Shown one piece after another: positions 11,501 through 23,817 of a DNA stretch of 64,000 nt. The position numbers and the translations under genes are program-made. The notes below the pieces were generated by a model. The model was not told the origin of the DNA and did not search any database. It was given only the letters and a program-made list of their open reading frames with translations. The stretch spans positions 51,522,001 to 51,586,000 of the forward strand of contig NC_043006.1 of assembly GCF_006345805.1 (NCBI RefSeq). Reading direction: 5' to 3'. Source of the stretch: Octopus sinensis (Eukaryota). Positions within the stretch are counted from its first letter, which is position 1. The number at the start of each line of letters is the position of its first letter.

Positions 11501-12208
11501 TGTGTCGGTGGCACATAAAAACACCATCCGAAGACCCGGCAAGACTAGTCAGGCTATAACCCATGGCCCTTACCTGGGACGTAGTCAGTCCACCTGTGCA
11601 TACCATCCTTCTTGTGACACTTGTGAAGACCTGTTGAGACAAGTGAAAATCAAAACAAATCAAAATAGATGAACATCAATGGAATTTGTATCTTTGTGGT
11701 ACCAGTGCCGGTGGCACGTGGCACATAAGAAAACCATCCGAACGTGGCCGTAGCCAGTACCGCATCGACTGGCCTCCGTGCTGTGGGCACGTAACAAGCA
11801 CCATCCGATCGTGGCCGTTTGCCAGCCTCATCTGGCACCTGTGTCGGTGGCACATAAAAACACCATCCGAGCGTGGCCGTCTGCCAGCCTCGTCTGGCAC
11901 CTGTGTCGGTGGCACATAAAAACACCATCCGAGCGTGGCCGTCTGCCAGCCTCGTCTGGCACCTGTGTCGGTGGCACATAAAAAACACCATCCGAGCGTG
12001 GCCGTTTGCCAGCCTCGTCTGGCACCTGTGTCGGTGGCACATAAAATCACCCACTACACTCTCGGAGTGGTTGGCGTTAGGAAGGGCATCCAGCTGTAGA
12101 AACACTGCCAGATCTGACTGGACTGGTGCAGCTTTCGGGCTCCCCAGACCCCAGTTGAACCGTCCAACCCATGCTAGCATGGAAAGCGGACGTTAAATGA
12201 TGATATAG
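8575..12208 (+). mobile_element. 5'-truncated RTE-clade LINE: RT C-terminal half with one frameshift (~9039), expanded 3' UTR and (ATG)n tail
   Basis: GVHQGSVLSPLLF, LLYADDLALIA, SFRYLG, LHGSETW, RLRWYGHV and GRGRPRKTW motifs in ORFs 8533-9081 and 9012-9665. The 3' end GGCGTTAGGAAGGGCATCCAGC...GGACGTTAAATGATGAT also occurs solo at 23818-24025. Confidence 0.93.
9650..12045 (+). repeat. Complex tandem array in the RTE 3' UTR (~350-bp unit, 7 starts, plus 4 x ~62-bp subunit)
   Basis: GACCCGGCA(A/G)GACTAGTC recurs at ~9650, 9923, 10043, 10554, 10904, 11250 and 11533. The subunit starts at 11801, 11863, 11925 and 11988. Confidence 0.95.
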
Positions 12209-12394
12209 TGATCGTATACTGTCAACTCAATGTGACAGTCCCGTAAGGGAATTACACCATTGCCATTTAGCCCTAGGAAACATCGACATCTCCTGTCAGC
12301 TTTGACACATTTTCTGTGTCCTTATATTTGCAAAGGGGAGGCAATCACCCCCGCAAGCCGGGACAAAATTTCACATTGGTTCTGTGTTCCAACA

Positions 12395-12590
12395 TCCTGT
12401 CCATGACAAAATCGCAGACTACAAAGTACACACAACCACAAATTTCAAAACTAGAAGTAAACACAGCAATGTCACTTGGCACACTGCCTCATGAAGGTCA
12501 CAGCTATCTTTCACTGCACACGCAACCAAGTGCTGCCAACCGTTGGCACATTACAGAACTAGTCCAGGAATATTTTGATACCACCTCATA
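12395..12590 (-). mobile_element. Mariner-type transposon 5' end fragment with TIR
   Basis: Homologous to 21770-21950. The minus strand starts TA|TGAGGTGGTATCAAAATATTCCTGGACTAG, a mariner-like TIR after TA. Confidence 0.7.
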
Positions 12591-13708
12591 TATACATACA
12601 CACACACACACACATTTATATACCATTGAGGTTAACCATAAACGAATTATGCAACAGAAAGATAAAATTATATAAATAAATAACAGCAATATTAATGAAA
12701 TTAATACAATTAAGTTATGTTTTTTTTTTATTTAATCATTGTATAACCTTCCTACCACAAGAATAAAAATTTAACTAAGAATATAGAGGATGTACACAAA
12801 ATGTAGAATATATAAAATTTTGAATACATAAAATGCCATACATTTATTTATCCTATTACAGTGTGGGGATATATTTCCCATTATGGTTTGTACATTTGTT
12901 TGTAAAACAATTGCAGTAGTGTTATCCCTGATTTCTGAGAATATATTTCTCAGTAAATTATCTACGAGGTCAAAATAAATCAATAGTACTTTTTCTTCAC
13001 TTTAGAAATAAATTAAATGGAAAATACATGAAGAAAATTCTGGAAGATTGTTTATTAAAAATATCACAGTGGGAACCTATTTCACCAATATATATTAGTG
13101 ATCATGTAAAATATAGTGTTGAGAGGATCTTATTACATTGTTATATCTTCATTCCATTGTGTATAAGTTTGCAATTAAATAAGCTATTTTTTTCTTCATA
13201 GAATAGCTCAACATTCACATGTTTACTCTTCTGTATCAATAAATACATGCATAGATAAGTGAATACTTTTAGCAGAAATATTATGAGTTTTTCTTGTATG
13301 AAAATACTTGTTTACATAAACTAGACGTTTGAGAGAATGATTTATCACAGATATCATAGTGATATGGGTTTTTTTTTGCCTGTAGGCATGTGCTTACATT
13401 ACTAAGTTTCAAACTGTCCATTACCAGCCAAACCATCCAATATTAATGAAATTTTCTGATTCTCCTTTTTTTACTAAAACAGTTTTCATCTGTATAATGC
13501 CTCTTTCTACAAATCCCTGATTACTTAGAATTATGCCAATAAAAAACATTTTAATTTTATTAAATGTTAATTAATCCACCTCCTTTTCAATCACAGTTCC
13601 TTTCTTCTATGAGAAACAGAGCTCAGTCATTATTTCTCGAGAATGATTTATCATAGATATTAGTGATATGATTTCTACTCTTTAAGAATGTAAGTCATTT
13701 CCATAGAG

Positions 13709-13873
13709 CAGTGGTTTTCAACCAGGGTTCCGCAAGAAGTTACAAAAGTGCTAAAATCGACAGTAATTTTTAAGTCTCCTGTGCAGATATGTGTGCATAA
13801 GACTATTAAATTCCTCGAGCCAGTGGAATGTTTCCTTGGGGTTCCGCTCCAGCAAAAAGTTTGAAAAGCACTG
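13709..13873. mobile_element. hAT (Charlie-like) MITE, 165 bp
   Basis: TIRs CAGTGGTTTTCAA / TTGAAAAGCACTG, with an exact 8-bp TSD CCATAGAG at 13701-13708 and 13874-13881. Confidence 0.92.
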
Positions 13874-14650
13874 CCATAGAGAAAGGCAGCAAATTGGCAA
13901 TGTCATTACGGTGCTAGATACAATGCCTTGTGGTATTTGTTCCAAAACTCTGCAATCAGTTCAAATCCTGCTGTGGATAATGTCTTCCATCCGTTCAGGG
14001 TCAATAAAATATGTATCAATCTAGGACAGTGAGTTGGCAAAACTGTTAACGTGTTGGGTGAGATGCTTTGCAATATTTGTTCCAGCTCTCAGCATTCTGA
14101 CAGCAATGCCATGCTGTATTAACCCATATCAGCAGCGTTTACTTTTAATAACATCAGAGGGTATCTTTGGTTATCTCACCCCCATTAAAAAATTGGGTTA
14201 TCTCTCCACTAAAATATTGAGTTTATGTGGTGACAAGAGATTGGATTAGTGTTAGATCCTTTTGATTCAGTACTTCAACATATTGTTGACGTTTGGCTTC
14301 TTCAATAGGTATGGTATGATTTGTTATAAAAATGTTATTAGATTCAATAAGATGTTTAATTTTTTTCAGTTTCGTATGGTTTGTTATAAAAATATTATCA
14401 TTCATGTTTATTAATTTTTTCATTTTGTTTTATTGAGGGTTAAACAATTTTTTTATTTGGGGGAGATAATCAAAAAGTACCAGCAGAGTCATAGTGAAAG
14501 AGGACTTACAAACATGAGCAATTAGCCAGTCTTACTTAAAAAACAGGAAAACATGCCCATGCCTGAACATACATATGCAGATATATGGTCAACTTTCACT
14601 GACACCCTTATTTCAAGAGAATGATTCACCACTTATCAAGCATATGGTTT

Positions 14651-15415
14651 CTACCCAGTATGAATACGTATATGGGTAGTTAAGTCACTATTTCTAGAGA
14701 ATGATCTCCCACAGATATCACAATTAAATGGTTTGTTTCCTGTATGAGTACGTTTATGAGTAGTTAAGTTACCTGGTGCAGAGAATGATTTACCACATGT
14801 ATCACAATGGTATGGCTTTACTCCTGAATGAATATGTAAGTGAGTATTTAAACTAGATCTTTGCGTAAATAAGTTACCACAGATATCACAGTGATATGGT
14901 TTTTCTCCTGTGTGAATACGCTTGTGAGTAGTTAAGTCACGATTTCCAGCAAAAGATTTACCACAGACATAACAGCGATATGGCTTCTCTCCAGTATGAA
15001 TGCGTTTATGAATAGTTAAATCACTACTTCCAGAGAAAGATTTACCACAGATAACACAGTGATATGGTTTCTCTCCTGTATGACTACGTATATGAGTAGT
15101 AAGGTTACCAATTACAGAAAATGATTTATCACAGATATCACAGTGATACGGTTTTTCTCCTGTATGAATGCGTCTATGAGTAGTTAAGCTGGATCTTTGA
15201 GAGAATGATTTACCACAGATAGAACAGTGATATGGTTTTTCTCCTGTATGAATACGTTTGTGAGTAGTGAGGTTACCTTTTAGAGAGAATGTTTTGTTAC
15301 AGACATCGCAGTGATATGATGCTTTTCCTACTCCTTTTAGAATCACTTTTGGAAAAAGAGTCTTTTTATTCTCAATTTTACGTTTAACTGCTTTCTCACG
15401 TAATTCATTTTCCAT
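14651..15415 (-). CDS. C2H2 (Krueppel-type) zinc-finger protein, 8 fingers, 254 aa
   Basis: Eight CxxC-x12-HxxxH repeats with TGEKPY linkers in an intact ORF. Acceptor-like TTTTTCAG at 15741 (minus) suggests a 5'-UTR intron. Confidence 0.92.
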   Translation of the reverse strand: MENELREKAVKRKIENKKTLFPKVILKGVGKASYHCDVCNKTFSLKGNLTTHKRIHTGEKPYHCSICGKSFSQRSSLTTHRRIHTGEKPYHCDICDKSFSVIGNLTTHIRSHTGEKPYHCVICGKSFSGSSDLTIHKRIHTGEKPYRCYVCGKSFAGNRDLTTHKRIHTGEKPYHCDICGNLFTQRSSLNTHLHIHSGVKPYHCDTCGKSFSAPGNLTTHKRTHTGNKPFNCDICGRSFSRNSDLTTHIRIHTG

Positions 15416-16755
15416 ATTTTTTCCTATCTCACTACAAGAGAATTATGTTCCTTGAATTTTATATTTTCTGAGCAAATATTTCTACTAACTGTAATCCTGG
15501 TCAATATCTGAAGATGCTGCAAACTCCTTTGTATATCTGCTTGAATTTAATTAGAATTCAAGATCTTGTATCTTTTCAAATCTCACTCTCAGGAAATATT
15601 TCACAGTAAATCTCTACCATAGATTTATATAAACTGGTTGTATCGATTCCGCATATCTTTCTTTAGTGTTTAAAAGATGAAAAATATTGATGATATATCC
15701 GAAGTTAGAAATTCCTTTTCGCAAAGATCATCTGGTATTCCTGAAAAAGTACAGAAACAGTGTAAAATATTCAGAATACGTAAAAAAATAAGGATTCAAC
15801 GAAGGAAATATTTCTCTATTGATAAACTGTAAATATAAACATTTACCAGAACAACTGAACTTAATTTATGAAATTATATCACACAAGCTTAAGCTACATC
15901 TTCGGATTGTGAAACATGATACCAAACTGCAGAATAGTAGACAGTAAAGTTCTATTTTCTCCAGAAATGTCATTCGTCGTTGTTGATCCGTTAGATTTTG
16001 TGTAACCAAAGTCAGTTCTGACAGGTATGATAAAAGGTATTCCTGCCAAGGCCATCCCGCCCTTTCAGACAATTTATATCAAAGACTACATTATTTAATG
16101 TGTCCGTACATATTCAAGACGTTCAGATGCAATTTGAAAAAAACTGGATTGCTATTTCTTGCAGGTTGAATGATAATAATGTAGAGACTTCTTAAGAGCT
16201 AGGATGTTAAGACCCAAATCAACCCTATGATCAAAAGCAAGTTGTAAGGCTACGCATTTTACGACAGATTAAACAAAAAGAAATATTACATTCGCGAATG
16301 AAGAAAAGACGATTGAAAGAAATATCAGCAAAAAGTATCTCGAATAAAATATATTTCAGGAAGTACTGACTGATGAATTTGGTACAAAGTACTTGACGTC
16401 TATCCTTTATCACCTTACAATTGCAGCTGTTACAGGTAGATGTAAAGATCAAATATTAAAGCTAAATACCTCGAGAATTGAATTTGGTAGACAAAAACTG
16501 TGCAGAAGTAAGTCGTATGTAATAAATAATAATTATTAAGAACCTTCTCGGTTCCCAGAGACAGTAAAATGGCGAAACAGGTACTTTTTGAATAATGAGA
16601 GAGCGGAAATCGAATTATTGAATTTTCATTGGTCGATTTTGGTCAGGTGATAAAGTGTTACGGTGGGGGAGAGCGGTAAACATATGCGATGATGTTTTAT
16701 AGAATAGAAAACTGCACCGTATAATCAAATGTTTTTTCGCATGTGTGTGTGTATG

Positions 16756-16817
<62 letters not shown>

Positions 16818-18007
16818 CACTGTGTTAATGGATGTGTGCGGACGTAGTAATGAAAATCCAAAATAAACTTTCAGGGGAACTAACTCTCACCTCCGAGATT
16901 AAAAGAGAAAGGTGTTAAAAACAACGAACGTACTTCCGTATCAAATACTATAACTACAGTAATTACATTTCATTGATTTGTAAAACACGTACTACTCAGA
17001 AAGAATTGCGTTGAAATAAGAAGCGTTTTGTTAGTTTGCAGAGTTCAATACATCTATTCAAAAGAAATTAGCTAAACAGGTACACAATGAATGTCTTTAT
17101 CAACTCATTTCCTAATGCGCACTGTTCGGAATCAATGTCCTCGCCAGGAAGTTTTAAGTCCAGACTTTACGGAAAGCCCACAAGTGTGTGATGTTTCTTT
17201 GGTAGATCTATTTCTACGGAAACTGTAGTGCAGGTCACAGACACACACTACAGGTAATAAAAGGTTCTTCACAGCTATATTGCATCACTTTCGAGATGAT
17301 TAAAATAATGTTGACAGAGTTGGTAGAAAAAAGTTTTTTCATTGGAATAAAATTATATATACATAATGTGAAGTTTAAAGAATTTTTCTTTTTAACACAT
17401 AAATATATAACAACCATATTTGAGGAATATTTTTTGTTCTAATGGACTGTGATCAACGTTATTAAACTACATAAATTTCGTCATATTTCTATCGAACAAA
17501 TGTGAATGTATATGATCCATAATAATTTGTTTAAAGAGCAATACAATAAAGTGAAATATCTTTAAATGTAGTAAGCAACTATGCTTTATTCTACTGTAAT
17601 CATTTCTTCATTTAATAAATATGTTAACACTATAGTGATTCATACAGACGGTATCTGAATTATTTAATATCTAAACAATAGTTTTAAAACTTTTCGCTTG
17701 TAGTACATCGATAATCAAAAAATATTTACTGATTTGGTAGGAACCAGAAAAGAAAAAACACAAGTCATTTGATTTCAAGATCGAAACAAACATAGAAAAC
17801 TAACGCTCACTTTATCAATCACACTTATGTATAACAAACTTATGATTAACATGGTTTTCGAGCGCTGTCATGGATTTTCTGAAGTTTTAAACATTTTTTA
17901 AAGAATCTTCAAAATACCTGCTGTGACGGACTGTTTTCGAACACTACAAGTCAAAGCAATTCTATTTCTCAACATATTTATAGAATAACAAATAATCACT
18001 ACATTGG

Positions 18008-18046
<39 letters not shown>

Positions 18047-18685
18047 TATAATAGGTTATATAGTCAATGAATCAAACGGACCATTCTCTATTCTGGTCTA
18101 AGACCTTACCGATCTCCAAACTTTGTGAAATATATCCAATTCAACTCTGTTTTCTTCTTAGAAGGATTTTTCGTTTACCTGTTGTTACTCATACAGTACA
18201 GATTAATTACCTTCAAACGGTTTTTTTCCTTCTTAATTTGTATCAAAACTAACCTGAGGTTAAACAGGAAACTATGTAGCACTTTCCAATGATTAGAGGT
18301 GAGTTCTTTGTACACACGATCAATAAAACTTCCTGTATGTCAATCTCACGCTTCATTAAATCTAGAGACAGTACGAATATGGGCATACTTCCAGTCGCTT
18401 TATTGATACTGTATTTATAATAAATAATTGATTCCTGCGAGATCTTTAACCGAAGCATCGTCAATTACTATGAGACCAACAATAATGAGGAATGTAGAAA
18501 AATAACTTGGCTATCTGTGTGAATGTTATACGTCAATGCATATTTTTAACTCTTATCTGGAAAGGCATACATTCCTATTCGTAAATTTCTCTTCTGAAAA
18601 CTTTCAAATAAATAACCGTTGTTTACTCTTCGAAATGGGCGTTAATATAGGGCGTTACGATTATCAGAAAAAAAAAAAAAAAATG

Positions 18686-19120
18686 TGTGTAATAGGTGTA
18701 AAACAACTTCCTATGAACGAATATGAAAAAAAAAATTCGCGCACGCGAAAGGGGGGTGGGGGAGAGGCCTCGGAAAATTCACATCGGGAAGTTCCGAAAG
18801 CGTCTGAGGAGCTGACCCGGGCACCAAAACAAATAAAAAATTGTGTAATATGTTTAAAACAACTTGCTCTAAACGAATATGAAAAAAAAAAAACGCGCGC
18901 TCGCGAACGTGTGGGGAGGGGAGGCCTCGGAAAATTCACATCGTGAATGTTCCGAGTCGCCTCACCAGAGCCAAGAAACAAAAGAAAAATAGTGTAATAG
19001 GTGTAAAACAATTTGCTCAAAACGAATATGAAAAAAAAAAAAAAAAAATGCGCGCTCGTGAACGGGGGTGGGAGAGAGGCCTCGGAAAATTCACATCGTT
19101 AAAACATCGAGTCCTCTCCC
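18686..19120 (+). repeat. ~150-bp tandem repeat, 3 copies
   Basis: GTGTAAT...AAAACAAC/TTTGC...AACGAATATGAAAAAA...GGCCTCGGAAAATTCACATCG starts at ~18686, 18842 and 18991. Confidence 0.9.
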
Positions 19121-19134
19121 CCACAGGGTCAAAC

Positions 19135-20279
19135 ACTATAGTATTGTAAGCTATATTCGAGCAAAAGCCCTAAAGCATTGTCAATTTCGAAACATGCTGA
19201 TGATGGATGATGAAGTAATTAATGAGGATTTACTGTATCACCCAAAAGTACGCTGGTTGTCGCAAGGGAAAATATTGATCAAAATTTTGTCTTTACGAAG
19301 GCAAATAATTGACTTTTTCAAAGAAAACAACAAGCATTGTCATTTATCAGATCCAAATTTTTTCAGAGATGTTGCATTTTTATGTGATGTGATGTCAAAA
19401 CAAAATGAGTTAAACATTTCGTTGCAAGGCAAAAATAAATGTATTTATATGTGGCAAAAAACTTTAAAATTGTCGTTTTTCAAGTTCCTTTTGACTCAAT
19501 TAAAACTTTCAGAAGAACACTTTCCTCAGCTTACAAAGGTATTGAGTGAAAATGAAGATGTCTATGAATCTTTTGAAAAACATAACATCACTCTGAAACT
19601 TGTTTTTCATTCTCACTCAGTTGATGTATCAGAGGCTTCCAAAGAGTTACAAATGTAGCTTATTAAAATGTCTGAAAATAATATCCTGAAGCGCTGTTTG
19701 ACAAAATGGAAAATCCCATCGAAATTTGGAAAAATGCGGTAGAATATCCTCGTCTTCGTGAACATGCACGCCGACTAATTTCCTGCTTTTCTTCAGCCAA
19801 CTGTTGTGAATCCACATTCTCGTACTTGACGCATTGTCGCAAATCAAAGAATTCACTGAGAACTTCAATTGACAGATGAACATTTGGAGGACCAACTGAA
19901 ACAAAGAACCACTATGTTAGAGTCTGACATCAAAATGCTTTCTCAAAAAAATCAAATTCAAAGAAGTCATTAATTTGTATAAAAAGTGCTTACTTGCCCA
20001 AATTAAATATTTGAAAATGTTATATTGTCGCTGTTCATAAACCGTCTTTTTTATACAATTATTATTCATCTACTTATTATTTGTATAAAAGTACTTAAAA
20101 TATTTCAAAAGTTATGCTTTCGATTTCTACACACCTGTCTTTCTTTTATCAAATTACTAATAAATTACTTAGGGGATAAAATAACTTAAAAAAAGAAAAA
20201 TAATTTGTTCAATGCGGCTTCTATTAGAGGTGATGAATTGTAGGGTGGCCTTCGTGTACAAAAAGGTTCCCTATCCCTG
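19135..20279 (+). mobile_element. hAT (Buster/SPIN/Charlie-like) transposon remnant: degenerate transposase C-terminal half plus 3' TIR
   Basis: DLLYHPKVRWLSQGKIL, DVAFLCDVMSKQNELNISLQGK and a decayed dimerisation region. The 3' end GGTTCCCTATCCCTG is followed by GTCTAAAC, a typical hAT target 8-mer. Confidence 0.88.
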
Positions 20280-20500
20280 GTCTAAACATTTAGTCGTATA
20301 TCCATTCTCCATTTTCACATAAAATTAGTTACTAGGAAAAACATTGACTTACTGGAAGTTCTATACCCCAATTCATAATTTTAAAAACACTTTTATAAAT
20401 ATTCTTTTATTTCTTTCAATTAATTAATAGAACAAACGAATGTTGTTAATAACATTATAAATACGGCATGCTTACAGATATGTGCCCCTCCCACCACTCA

Positions 20501-21128
20501 TTTGTTTCCTCATAACTTCCAGAAAAATAACTATATTTTAATGAAGTTTTCTACAAATACGCTTCAGATGGTGCCGATTCTGATTATATTGAAATTTGTT
20601 GAGAATTTTTTTTTTCTATAGGTGGGAAAAGAGTTTCAGAAAATTCACCCAGCTCGGCTTTGTTTCCTCCTAACTTTCAGAAAAAGGAATATTTTTTTAA
20701 TGAAATTTTCTACAAATACTTTTCCAGATGTGTAAATTATTATATAATTTTATGTGAAAAGAAAATTGTGAGCACATAAACACATACTGACACACATCAC
20801 AATTTTTTTTTTCGAAATTTCAAATTTCATTTTGTATATATATATATATATCAAGTGTCAATATGTATGTTTACGAGCCCACCAAATTTAGTTTTTCATA
20901 TCAAATTCTGATATAATCGTAATCGACACACTCTGAAAGGTATTTTTCGAAAATTTCATAAAAAAATTACCCATTTTCTGAAAGTTATGAGTTAAAAAAG
21001 CTGTCTCGTGTGAATTTCCTGAAACTTCTCACCCCCACCGTCGAAAAACTTATTTTTCCATCCCCTGCATATTCCAATATATTCAGAATCTGCACCATCT
21101 ATTTTTCTGGAAGTTATGAGGCAACAAA
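20501..21128. repeat. Imperfect foldback / MITE-like element
   Basis: TTTGTTTCCTCATAACTTCCAGAAAAATA (20501-20529) is inverted at 21100-21128 with 28/29 matches. There are further internal inverted segments. Confidence 0.6.
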
Positions 21129-21189
21129 GCGATTATAGAAATATGAATATTAAAATCTTTATGGAGTATGATATAAATGAGAAAGACAG

Positions 21190-21960
21190 CATGAACTACT
21201 AAGTATTTCTTCACTTTTGGAATCTGGTCTGAAAGTCGTTTTCCGTAAGCGATTCTGCGATTCGGTCTTGATCTCGTCGACGGTATTAAAACGGTGGCAT
21301 TTTCATCTTGGGGGAAGAGATGGAAGTCCGCAGATGCCAAATCTGGCGAATAGGACGGGTGCAGAAGCGATACCATGTTGTTTTTGGAGAGAAATTCACT
21401 AGTGAGAAGAGCTCGATGACAGGGTGCATTATCGTAACAAAGAATCCAATTTTTCGCACTCCGCAGATTCGGTCGCTTTCGCCAAATGTCCTCCTTCAAA
21501 CTCTTCAAAATATCGTTGATTGACCTCCGACGGTTCTCATGCCGGTGAATTATCTCCACATTTCTGGTGGTGACATTCATAGCTGGTCATCTAGATCGCT
21601 CATTGTCTTCCAGGGACGTTCTTCTACTTTTGAAGTGCCCGTTCCACTCGAAACATTACGTACGACCCCATTGTCTCATCTCTGTAATCTTGTCGAAGTA
21701 TGCTCACTATCTCTGTAGCAGACTTCCCAAGTTTAACGCAAAATTTCACGTTGGCTCTTTGTTCCAACTTCCTGTCCATGACAAAAATCGCAGAGTACAG
21801 CATACACGTGATCACAAAAACACAAATGTCACAACTTGCAAAGTAAACAGCGATGTCACTCGGCACACTGCCTCATGAAGGTCACTGCTAGCTCTCACTA
21901 CACACACAACCGTGTGCTGCCATCTGTTGGCGCGCTTCAGAACTAGTCCGAGAATACCAC
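21190..21960 (-). mobile_element. Internally deleted, degenerate mariner (DD34D-type) transposon
   Basis: EQRANVKFCVKLGKSATE (N-terminal HTH) and WILCYDNAPCH...HPSYSPDLASADFHLFP (catalytic C-terminus) lie in different frames. Confidence 0.9.
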
Positions 21961-23451
21961 TGAACTTATTAGGGACATCCATTTGGTTTGGTAAAAACCA
22001 AAACAGCGAGAAAAACTTCCACGATATTTGAAGGATAGTCGACGATTCCTTTAATCCGGGATTAAGCTGGAACCAAGAAAACTTATCTGTTTTCAGGGCT
22101 TGTCTGTGCATCCTATATATGCCTCTCTGAAGTTGTTACCCCCGCTTCTTTTTATGCGGAAACTTCTGAAACATGATAGAACATTCTATAATATGGGTGA
22201 TATATCTGCAGGTTGATTAGTTGGTACTCAAGGCACGTCACCTGATCTACGTGTTGTCTGATCTTAGATATTAAAGCTGTAAAATTTCGATTCTAGGCTT
22301 TGCTGAAGTAGTCTTTTCTAGAATGAAGTGTCGTTTTATCAGATAAGTAGTAACAGTCATACAGTTCTGAAAGTAAAGCTGACCTGGATAAGACTGAACA
22401 CAGAACGTGAAGAGCGCCAACTAAATACAGCAGCTTTTTTGCCCAATGCGTTAGCGAGTCTGACATATAATGCAGAGAGCATAAAAAGTCAAGAAAAATT
22501 ATGCAGGGGAGACGCATATAGGGAAAACCCAACTTTTTTTTTTTGTTATTTATTACTTATTTATTAAAAATTTATGTATATAGGTTAAATCTACAGTGTA
22601 GCCGCAGTTACTTGTGATGGTGAGGGGACAGCAAGAAGCCAAGGTGTTGATAGTTCCCATTGCACCATCAGTAGTATGTTTTATCTATATGCAGCAGTGC
22701 TAAGCATTCGAAAGCTTATCAGTTCTGTAACAAACGAAGGCTTGGCCAGTATTTTGGTCAATTGTAATTCTGGTCCACTTGTGATGAGAATGCACAAGGC
22801 TGTGCTTGCACCGTCGGTCGGGGCATAAAAGACAGGAAAAAGATTACCAAAAGGGATAACAAGCCGGCGGGTTAATTCACTAACCTGGAACCCAATTTCC
22901 ATCCAATCATCACGTATATTTTTAACTTCCATCTGTATAATATATGTAAATCCATCTGTCTTTTCATCTTGTATATAAGAAGCGTGTCTGTACCCTACAT
23001 GTCCCTTGTCTGTCCTTATAACGTCCCCTCTATGTAAACCTTTTTATAGGTGAATAAAGAAATATATTCTGGTCCACTTGTGTAGCAGCAACACTAATCG
23101 AAAATTCTATGCAGTTTCGCGTCAAATCATGCTTATAAATTGAGAATCGTTAGAAATACAAGGTAGAGAAGACAGGTACCAGAAAACTCGTAAAGATTAT
23201 CTTGATCCGCTGGCAGTCATTCCACTTCGACTTCGTGTTAAAAGGCCACTTCACCGAACTTGAAGACTTACATTTTCTTCTTTCATCACACAGTCTCACA
23301 CACTACTGACATTCAGCATAATAGCTATCCGTTATAACATGATGCACAAGCATTCAGTTATGAGTGCATTGCATTTTACAGCAGAAACAGTTGTAATGAA
23401 GTTCATAACATACTTTCTTTTTCTTTTGTCATTTATCTAATTTCATGTATA

Positions 23452-23737
23452 GTGCAAGAGTGGCTGCGCGGTAAAAGGTTTGCTCCCCACCCACATGGTT
23501 CTGGGTTCAATCCCATTGCGTGACACCGGCCCATTGGGCAAGAGTCTTCTACTATAGCCCTGGGCCAGCTAATGCCTTGTGGGCAAATTTGGTAAGGACG
23601 TACGCGTGTGTGTGTGTGTGTGTGAGTGAGACCACTGATTCATAACCGGTGTTGGTTTGTTTACATGTAGATCTGCAAGTATAAGTACCAGGTTTAATAA
23701 AAAATAACTAATGGGGTCGATTCGTTCGACTAAAACA
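23452..23737 (+). mobile_element. SINE family A copy
   Basis: Homologous to 5666-6008. Confidence 0.75.
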
Positions 23738-23767
23738 GGTAAACATATGTATGTGTGTGTAACATAA

Positions 23768-23815
<48 letters not shown>

Positions 23816-23817
23816 TA

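Noticed and set aside
9650-12045. CRISPR-like or protein-coding interpretation of the repeats and their many short ORFs
   Set aside because: Eukaryotic context, no unique spacers and no cas genes. The ORFs are GC-rich repeat read-throughs on both strands.
19068-19658. 196-aa ORF as a domesticated GTF2IRD2/ZBED-like host gene
   Set aside because: It starts inside a tandem repeat, lacks the N-terminal catalytic region, is followed by stops and frameshifts, and keeps a 3' TIR.
22590-23095. Possible solo LTR or LINE 3' end (AATAAAG, TG...CA-like edges)
   Set aside because: I could not identify boundaries, TSD or coding homology.
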